From contig OZ024749.1 of the NCBI GenBank assembly GCA_964016885.1, forward strand, positions 20,956,001-21,020,000: a stretch of DNA of 64,000 bases, written 5' to 3'. This stretch comes from Eledone cirrhosa. Its lineage: Eukaryota. The notes beneath the pieces were generated by a model. It worked only from the letters and a program-made list of their open reading frames with translations. It ran no database searches and was not told the DNA's origin. Of the stretch, positions 55,551 to 64,000 are shown piece by piece. How positions within the stretch are numbered: position 1 is the stretch's first letter; the number at the start of each line of letters is the position of its first letter. A program made the translations under genes and the position numbers.

Positions 55551-55811
55551 TTTTGATATATGACATACCGCTACGGTCTTCATTATACAATTCCAGTATT
55601 GGCAGTGATTTATTTCATCAAATCTCAATGTTTATATATCACAAATAATATGATAAACTTAAAGAAGATGACGTAGAGCATTTCAACTCACAGTTGAGTG
55701 CTTTTAATCTATTGTAAAATTGTATTCATTGAGTAATCAACGAACCATATTAATCTTTGGTTATATATATGTATATGTATGTATATATATATGTATATGT
55801 ATATATATATC

Positions 55812-56090
55812 TTTGTCAGGTCACCAGTTGGTGCTACTGGTAACATGTATCCCAGTACAAACTGTCTCATGGTCGGGTCGTTGGCGACTAAACTGGCAAC
55901 CCCACCAAGGTTTCTTGGTGAGGAGGGTGATTTTGGACATCCTGCAGGACTAAAAACAAAACCTGTCAAAAGGCAATGGAGCTCTTAAGAGTCAATGGCC
56001 ATCCAAAATCACCGGGAGAGATGACCCCTTAGCCTTTGTCAAGGCAGAATTCTAGGAGAAGGAAAACTCTGATATAACACCTGCAACCCT
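55812..56090 (+). mobile_element. probable RTE-type retroelement 5' UTR fragment
   Basis: GC-richer island containing CTAGGAGAAGGAAAACTCTGA, a motif I recall from RTE 5' regions (not verified by search). Confidence 0.45.
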
Positions 56091-56422
56091 GATGGTATCC
56101 AATGATGTTGACTTGTTCTTCTTTTTGGTAAATATCATCTTGGTTAAGAGAGTGGGACTGGCTTTGTGCAGTGCCTTTGCTCACTATAAAAGCTTCACAG
56201 CACAGGCATTGCTTTATATCTGGAGATCTCTCTGCACTTGTCATCACAAGGTACCATGGGCCCAGCACTATGTGTCAATAATTGTCACAAGTGTAGTGTT
56301 TGTACCAGAGTTTTCAAGTCGCTGGCTGGACTAAAAAGTCACACTTGTTCAGCGCATCAGTAGGGGTTCTCCTACATGGATATAAAGTAGTGGCCGTACT
56401 CGAAAACGAGTTGGCAGCCACC

Positions 56423-56460
<38 letters not shown>

Positions 56461-56608
56461 ACTTACTTTTTCATATGTAACCCATTTGCAACGCCGCAGC
56501 TCCATTATTATCATATATATATATATGTATATATGATCAACGAAACAAAGCCCTTATTGTACAGCCAACCATGTTACTCTTCATTCTTTAACTATAAATA
56601 TATATATA

Positions 56609-56713
56609 TTTAATATAGAAAAGCTTCTACAGGATTAGAACTGTTTCATTTGTGAGAAATGATTTCTCACGAATGAAACAGTTCTAGTCCTGTAGAAGCT
56701 TTTCTATATTAAA
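56609..56713. repeat. 52-bp-arm near-perfect palindrome
   Basis: Centre at G56661; only 2 mismatches, both T:G on the + strand. Confidence 0.95.
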
Positions 56714-56781
56714 ACATTTATACTCTGCTATGTATTGAGTACCTTACTTACTGTCGTTATCCCCGATTCTACCCGGAATAA

Positions 56782-56818
<37 letters not shown>

Positions 56819-57318
56819 CGTCTCATGGATTATGTGAGTGGTGGTGTACGCGAAGACAGTGGTACTGTTTTGCCTACGATATATGTTTTATAATATGTTT
56901 GATATTTTTGATATTTTGGTGTTTCTCCACATTCGGGACTGTATATCATACAGGTGTATGCGAAAAAATGATTTAATAATTCAGCCCACATAATAATATT
57001 GATTGCCTGCTTCAACTGCCTGACCCTGCAAATAACATTCTGACGCACTCTAATCCTGTATAAATAAGACACGCGTGCATGCTACACGTGAGATTGTATC
57101 ATACACTGACTACTCTAAACTTTCCTCTTGCTTTATCTTCATAGACTGCCAATGCTTCATTTTTATTTTTATTTTTATTTTTATCTTTATCCTTTAACCT
57201 TTATATGTAAATTGCCATGCTATATCATTTTGATGGATGTCATCCCACTGTGGATCAATATGTGCATATGTTTTTATATATGAAAGGGAGGTCAAGTATG
57301 TTATAGATCACTTAATAG

Positions 57319-57367
57319 TTGCTCCGAAGAATCCAAACCTCGGTTTGGAGGAAACAATTGTAAGCAA
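57319..57367 (+). ncRNA. compact type I hammerhead motif (U4C variant)
   Basis: TTGCT-CCGAAGA-[a TCCAAAC ctcg GTTTGGA g]-GAAA-CAATTG-TA/AGCAA, followed by AATAAA. Confidence 0.72.
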
Positions 57368-57401
57368 ATAAATGATTTAAACTGAACTTTGATTATTGTA
57401 A

Positions 57402-57677
<276 letters not shown>

Positions 57678-57738
57678 AATATCGGTTTCAATACACGTTT
57701 TCAGATAAAGAATCTTGCTAAACAAATTCAGAAACGAA

Positions 57739-57769
<31 letters not shown>

Positions 57770-57922
57770 TTGGTACTCTGAAATAGCTATATATATATGA
57801 ATGTATATATAGTGTATTTTGCAATACACTGTATGCTTAAGGGCATTTCGAAGACCTTATGCTATTGTTTTAGAGTAGTGACAGACTCACTTACTTTAAT
57901 TTCAGCAAACAGGGGGAGATAG

Positions 57923-57967
57923 AGCTGACAAGGCCTTGTTTCGCATTTATTGATGCTTATCAAAGCC
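57923..57967 (-). ncRNA. type I hammerhead ribozyme motif, U3-A8 core variant
   Basis: GGCT-TTGATAA-[GCAT caataa ATGC]-GAAA-CAAGGCCTTG-TC/AGCT. GUC triplet; G-C closes stem II; stem I extends into a long hairpin (57899-57992). Confidence 0.8.
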
Positions 57968-58274
57968 AACTACTCCTCCTGTTTGCTGAAATCATGGATG
58001 TTTGGTTCTTATAGAATTCTAGTAAATAATCAGGAACTGATTATACAGAGCGGTTGCCGGTCAAGCAGAAATTGAAAATTAGAATTGGTGCTCTGAAATA
58101 GCTATATATATATATATATATGAATGTATATATAGTGTATTTTGCAATACACTGTATGCTTAAAAGCATTTCGAAGATCTTATGCTATTGTTTTAGAGTA
58201 GTGACAGACTCACTTACTTTAATTTCAGCAAACAGGGGGAGATAAAGCTGACAAGGCCTTGTTTCGCATTTATT

Positions 58275-58319
58275 GGCTTTGATAAGCATCAATAAATGCG
58301 AAACAAGACCTTGTCAGCT
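58275..58319 (+). ncRNA. inverted copy of the U3-A8 hammerhead motif
   Basis: GGCT-TTGATAA-GCATCAATAAATGC-GAAA-CAAGACCTTG-TC/AGCT. Confidence 0.75.
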
Positions 58320-58371
58320 TTATCTCCCCCCGAAATAGGGTTCCTCTGAAGGGTCTTTGGAATACCATTAC

Positions 58372-58715
58372 TTGATTGTGTGCATAGCTCGGAGATCAGA
58401 GAATCACTCCAGGTAGAGCCATTACTTCTCAGAATTGAGAGATCACAACTCCGATACTATGGACATGTGGTTAGAATGTCTCAGGAAAGAATCGCTGGAC
58501 AGATTTTACGCGCAAAACCAATCGGCAGGAGACCCAGGGGTAGACCCCAAGGAAGAGGTAGGATAACAACATCCATGAGCTTGGTTGGTCACGCTTGGGG
58601 ATCCCACATGATCAGTTGGAGACGGTTGCTTCTAACAGAACCCACTGGAAGGAGTGTTTGAGGATTCTTCCCCCACGACCCTCTCAGGAATAAATGGGCG
58701 AAGAAGGCGAAAACG
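58372..58715 (+). mobile_element. 3' end of an RTE-clade LINE
   Basis: SSEIRESLQVEPLLLRIERSQLRYYGHVVRMSQERIAGQILRAKPIGRRPRGRP, a typical RTE C-terminus. 3'UTR CCCCACGACCCTCTCAG also at ~33905 and ~61180. Confidence 0.9.
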
Positions 58716-58852
58716 TGGTCTATTCATATATATTTATTATGTATGTATATTGCGAATGTATATACACACATATAAATATATACATCATCTTTATCATCAT
58801 CATCATTGTCTTCATCAGCCTCGTGTTATAAAGAACTGAGGTGCTTGAGTGA

Positions 58853-58899
<47 letters not shown>

Positions 58900-58910
58900 A
58901 TATACATATA

Positions 58911-58983
<73 letters not shown>

Positions 58984-58997
58984 TTATGGATATATGC

Positions 58998-59033
<36 letters not shown>

Positions 59034-59072
59034 GTATATTTGTATACCTGTGTGTGTCTGCAATTATGTGTA

Positions 59073-59143
<71 letters not shown>

Positions 59144-59372
59144 TTGTACGTGTGTATGTATGTGCGCGTGTGTGTATGTGTCTGTGTGTTTGTATGTGTG
59201 TGTATGTGTGTATATGTGTATGTATATATGTATATATGTATATATGTATGTGTGACTACATCTACTGACACCTATCCATTATTCAAATAATGTCACCTAC
59301 AATCCACCTGCCTCTCTCATACATTAACAACCTTTACAGCTTATCTCTTACCTAGACTAACGTTTCCTTTGG

Positions 59373-59373
59373 T

Positions 59374-59426
<53 letters not shown>

Positions 59427-59559
59427 GCAGCAGCTGGTACTACTACTACTACTACTACTGCTGCTACTACTACTACTACTACTGCTGCTGCTGGTGCTAC
59501 TACTACTGCTGCTGCTACTACAACTGCTACTACTGTTGCTGCTGCAACTACTACTACTA
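59373..59559. repeat. (CTA)n/(CTG)n microsatellite
   Basis: Direct reading. Confidence 0.98.
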
Positions 59560-60420
59560 ACGAACCAGCCAACCAACTAACCAGCTAGCCAGCCAACCAA
59601 CCAACAAACCAACTAACCAGCCAACCAACCAACCAACCAGCCAACCAACCAACCTGCCGACCAACCAACCAACCAACCAACCAACCAACCAACCAACCAA
59701 CCAACCAACCAACCAACCAACCAGCCAGCCAACTAACCAGCCAACCAACCAACCAACCAGCCAACCAACCAACCTGCCGACCAACCAACCAACCAACCAA
59801 CCAACCAACCAACCAACCAACCAACCAACCAACCAACCAACCAACCAACCAACCAACCAGCCAACCAACCAACCAACCAACCAGCCAGCCAACTAACCAG
59901 CCAACCAACTAACCAACCAACCAACCAACCAACCAACCAACCAACTAACCAGCTAGCCAGCCAACCAACCAACAAACCAACAAACCAGCCAACCAACCAA
60001 CCAACCAACCTGCCGACCAACCAACCAACCAACCAACCAACCAACCAACCAACCAACCAACCAACCAGCCAACCAACCAACCTGCCAACCAACCAACCAA
60101 CCAACCAACCAACCAACCAACCAACCAACCAACCAGCCAACCAACCAGCCAACCAACCAACCAACCAACCAACCAGCCAGCCAACTAACCAGCCAACCAA
60201 CCAACCAACTAACCAACTAGCCAGCCAACCAACCAACCAGCCAACCAACCAGCCAACCAACCAACCAACCAACCAACCAACCAACCAGCCAGCCAACTAA
60301 CCAGCCAACCAACCAACCAACTAACCAACTAGCCAGCCAGCCAACCAACCAACCAACCAACCAACCAACCAACCAACCAACCAACCAACCAACCAACCAA
60401 CCAACCATCAAACCAATCAA
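59560..60420. repeat. (AACC)n tetranucleotide array with higher-order variants
   Basis: ~860 bp; variant marker AACCTGCCGACC recurs at ~59651, 59771 and 60007. Confidence 0.98.
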
Positions 60421-60561
60421 TCACTCCATACTCATCTACACCAAATCATGTAACTGGTCACAACACTACACGACCCACTCCAAGGCTTTGGATATTTCCC
60501 CAACACTGCTGAACATGCAGAGTTGACTTCGATGAGATTTGAACTCGGTAGAGCACGTAGA

Positions 60562-61036
60562 GACGGAACAAATAAAGGGCGGGTGGAGCGCGTAGGGTCG
60601 GAACAAATAAAGGGCGGGTGGAGCGCGTAAAGTCGGAACAAATAAAGGGCGGGTGGAGCGCGTAAGGTCGGAACAAATAAAGGGCGGGTGGAGCGCGTAA
60701 AGTCGGAACAAATAAAGGGCGGGTGGAGCGCGTAAGGTCGGAACAAATAAAGGGCGGGTGGAGTGCGTAAGGTCGGAACAAATAAAGGGCGGGTGGAGCG
60801 CGTAAGGTTGGAACAAATAAAGGGCGGGTGGAGCGCGTAAAGTCGGAACAAATAAAGGGCGGGTGGAGCGCGTAAGGTCGGAACAAATAAAGGGCGGGTG
60901 GAGCGCGTAAAGTCGGAACAAATAAAGGGCGGGTGGAGCGCGTAAAGTCGGAACAAATAAAGGGCGGGTGGAGCGCGTAAGGTCGGAACAAATAAAGGGC
61001 GGGTGGAGCGCGTAAAGTCGGAACAAATAAAGGGCG
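60562..61036. repeat. 35-bp GC-rich minisatellite, ~13.5 near-identical copies
   Basis: Unit GTCGGAACAAATAAAGGGCGGGTGGAGCGCGTAA(A/G), head-to-tail with no spacers. Confidence 0.97.
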
Positions 61037-61039
61037 AGG

Positions 61040-61194
61040 TATTTAATTCCAGCGAGACCAGCCAAGCCGTTGGATAACATCCATGAGCTTGGATGGTCTA
61101 TCTTGAGGTTTACAGCCGGATCAGTATGAGACGGTTGCTTCTGACAGGACTCAATGAAAGGAATGTTTGAGGGCTCTGCCCCCACGACCCTCTC

Positions 61195-61227
<33 letters not shown>

Positions 61228-61265
61228 AAGAAGAAGAAGAAGAAGAAGCAGCAGCAGCAGCAGAA
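61040..61265 (+). mobile_element. RTE LINE 3' tip with (AAG)n tail
   Basis: Homologous to 58540-58690 (GGATAACATCCATGAGCTTGG...CCCCACGACCCTCTCAG). Confidence 0.8.
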
Positions 61266-61314
61266 GCAGCAGCTCTAATGATTCTACCAATTCGCCACCT
61301 TTTCAGTAATAATA

Positions 61315-61504
61315 CAGGGTGGGCCATGACTCGCTTGTTAGTTATATTTCTTAACATGCTTATTTTATTGTTATTGTATTGTTTTAATTTATTATTTCAT
61401 TTTTTAATATGCTTTTCCTTAACTAATTCCTTAACTTGTTTTCTAACATTTTGTGTTAATAGTCTATAAATAATCAAGTGAGTCATGAATTCTGGCCCAC
61501 CGCG
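61315..61504. mobile_element. Tc1/mariner-type MITE
   Basis: TA|CAGGGTGGGCCA TGACTCGCTTG ... CAAGTGAGTCA..TGGCCCACC imperfect TIRs. Confidence 0.55.
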
Positions 61505-61789
61505 TTGTTTCTGATTTAGGCACAAGGCTAACAATTTTATTGGAGGGGAAAGTCAATTAAATCGACCCCAGTGTATTACTGGTCTTTTATTTTATCTACT
61601 CCATAAGGATGAAAGGCAAAACCAGCCTCGGCGGGATTTGAACTCAGATAGTAAAGGGCCATAACTCTATGCTGCAAAGCATGGTGCCTGATGTTCTACC
61701 GATACAGCCAATCCACCACTATCACCTTTTCAGTCATAATGAAAAGAATTAAAACTAACAAAAAAAAAAAAAAAAAGAAAAGAAAAAAG

Positions 61790-62230
61790 TTCTTTGCGTC
61801 TTTTACACCGAGATATACTGTAATTTATGCTTGGCAGGCTTATCTGCTGGAGTCGATCTCTCAACAGCTGCAGTGAATGTGTTCCTTGGGAATAATAACT
61901 CTATATCAACTATAGATGTTTCGTCAACGTTATACATATGTTCTGCTGGTAAACTTTTATTATCTACAAACGATCTTTGCAAACTCATCAACGAACTTCC
62001 CGCCTATTTTATAACCAGCAGACGTCTTTTATCATACTCTGAAAATATTAAAATATTTAAGGCTGTGCTTTTCTCTTAATATTTTCCGTTGTAACAATCC
62101 TTGTAAATATTCTCACTTCCTTTCAATATTCAGTTTTTTATCTTAGCGATTGCACCGATACAGCGTGATTCCGAATAAAGTGATATGAGACACTATTATA
62201 CAATATTTTTATGTAACGTTTGGCTAAATC
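61790..62230 (-). pseudogene. Tigger/Jerky (pogo family) transposase relic
   Basis: AEHMYNVDETSI...FPRNTFTAAVERSTPADKPAK matches the pogo IYNxDETxL..PxxT...E...PG.K DDE start. Upstream sequence resembles the CENP-B HTH (..QG.LQR..KH.LKY..), frameshifted. Confidence 0.75.
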
Positions 62231-62276
62231 AGGTTTCGTCTAATTTAATCACTTCCCTCCCTCATTGATGAGGGTA

Positions 62277-62639
62277 GGGGACCATGGGCAATAGCACCAA
62301 TGCTAATATATATGATGTTGTATGTCGGCGACCATGGACTATAACAGCAATGCTCATATATATGATGTTGTATGTCGGGGACCATGGACAATAGCACCAA
62401 TGCTAATATATATGATGTTGTATGTCGGGGATCATGGACAATAGCACCAATGCTATGTATGTCGGGGACCATGGACAATAGCACCAATGCTAATATATAT
62501 GATGTTGTATGTCGGGGACCATGGACAATAGCACCAATGCTAATATATATGATGTTGTATGTCGGGGACCTTGGACAATAGCACCAATGCTAATATATAT
62601 GATGTTGTATCTCGGGGACCATGGACAATAACACCAATA
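62277..62639. repeat. 50-bp minisatellite, ~7.5 copies (one 35-bp deleted unit)
   Basis: GGGGACCATGGACAATAGCACCAATGCTAATATATATGATGTTGTATGTC. Confidence 0.96.
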
Positions 62640-62640
62640 G

Positions 62641-62689
<49 letters not shown>

Positions 62690-62883
62690 ATTAGCGTTTA
62701 GCTTCAGGCATAGCTTTATACAGATGTGTGTAGAAATTTCGTATTTCTAAAGAAACAGGGTATGTTTACTGGTAAACATTTAGGAAGCCGTAACTATGAA
62801 AAAACACCGGGGCTTACGCCCTCTGGTGGTGTCCAGCAGAAGCAAGGGGGACAATCGTCAATGCATTTTTGACTTTACTGGTC

Positions 62884-62973
<90 letters not shown>

Positions 62974-63005
62974 GCATGTACATATATATATACATATATA
63001 TATAC

Positions 63006-63100
<95 letters not shown>

Positions 63101-63126
63101 AATAATTATATTTATATATAAGTATA

Positions 63127-63497
63127 TCTATATATATAAAGTTTTTGTTTGTTTGTTTGTTCACGAACTCCTCCTATGGTTTTGGAGAGAGACCCCCATA
63201 ACCATATATATTCTAAAACTACATTGTCCAGGGTACTTGGATAAGTATATTTCATTTTAATCAAAGGGTTCCTCGGGTGCACAAACCCCCGCTGAAAATG
63301 TTTTCCCTTCGATTTATATGAAATTTAAACCATAGGTAAATGACAAGATATGATGCATATTCACAATATTTCAGCAAATTTAAATAATATGAAGACACCC
63401 TAACGGAGTTTTTCTCCATAAATTATATCACTGATTTAAAATCAATCATCATTTTCTTACAAAAAAAAAAGTGTGTCACGCAGCAAGGCGCAGCTAA
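63127..63497 (+). mobile_element. possible non-autonomous Helitron-like element
   Basis: A|TCTATATATATAAAG start followed by (GTTT)n, the same layout as 8018-8601; 3' end GC patch plus CTAA is imperfect. Confidence 0.45.
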
Positions 63498-63741
63498 TTC
63501 GGTTACTAAGGGTAATATTAGATGTTACCCAATTACCAGTAAAAAGGTAGCTCAATTATAATACAGAGCAGAAATACAACATAAATTACAATCAAATGGT
63601 GTTTAAAACATTTAATAGCTTACATATATATATATATGGATGTACGGATGGATGAATGTATGGAAGTATATGTGCGCGCGCGCTCGATGTGTGTGTGTGT
63701 TTATATATATATATATGTATATTTATATATGTATATATGTA

Positions 63742-63824
<83 letters not shown>

Positions 63825-63900
63825 CGAAGGAAATGTGGTAAGGAACCAGGTGGACCATAACGCACCAAAGTACTCAATACTTGAGGTAGTAGAGTGGGTA

Positions 63901-63992
63901 ATAGGAACCAGTAAGACCCCAACAGCTGAGCTCAAGCGAATTAGCCGTCGAAACGGCTTGAGCTCAGCTGTCGGGGTCTTACTGGTTCCTAT
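63901..63992. repeat. 37-bp-arm inverted repeat with a half-hammerhead at the turn
   Basis: Arms 63901-63937 and 63956-63992 (1 mismatch); GAAA-CGGCT tgagctc AGCTG-TC/GGGG. Confidence 0.9.
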
Positions 63993-64000
63993 ATATATAT

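Larger units (their letters stand above)
57763..58331 (-). mobile_element. ~320-bp tandem unit carrying a hammerhead, with terminal inversion (retrozyme/Penelope-pLTR-like)
   Basis: Unit 1 at 57763-58077, partial unit 2 at 58078-58274, then an inverted copy at 58275-58331; starts at a (TA)n tract. Confidence 0.75.

Noticed and set aside
56540-56570. GAAA-CAA..TTG-TA-CAGCC possible 3' half hammerhead
   Set aside because: The 5' half is absent and the match is short enough to be chance.
59560-60420. Telomeric repeat
   Set aside because: Unit is AACC, not (TTAGGG)n or (TTAGG)n.
60562-61036. CRISPR-like array (35-bp repeats)
   Set aside because: Repeats are contiguous with no unique spacers, there are no cas genes, and the context is eukaryotic. 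It is a minisatellite.
60432-61290. 274-aa ORF with signal-like poly-Leu
   Set aside because: Antisense read of an (AAG)n LINE tail plus the 35-bp minisatellite.
62277-62639. CRISPR-like or coding repeat
   Set aside because: Plain 50-bp tandem repeat with no spacers; unit length is not a multiple of 3.

Overview
AT-rich eukaryotic DNA crowded with (TA)n/(CA)n microsatellites. It is intron/intergenic-like, and its repeat content resembles a mollusc, probably a coleoid cephalopod such as Octopus (inference). No intact protein-coding gene is visible; almost all listed ORFs are microsatellite or antisense-repeat artefacts. Recognisable content: two abundant tRNA-derived SINE families, decayed RTE and Tx1/L1 LINE pieces, a piggyBac transposase relic nested in a MITE with the same termini, a Tigger/pogo transposase relic, hAT, mariner and pogo MITEs, Helitron-like elements, several minisatellites, a CpG-enriched promoter-like zone (40.3-42.8 kb) and candidate minus-strand exons. 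The most striking signal is a set of short elements, mostly lodged in (TA)n tracts, carrying type I hammerhead-ribozyme motifs: 9163-9236, 15224-15296, ~55486-55550, 57319-57367, 57923-57967 and 58275-58319, plus half-motifs at the turns of long fold-backs at 56.6 and 63.9 kb. One belongs to a ~320-nt tandem unit with a compensatory U3-A8 core, a retrozyme/Penelope-like architecture. All alignments and folds were done by eye, and coordinates of decayed repeats are approximate.
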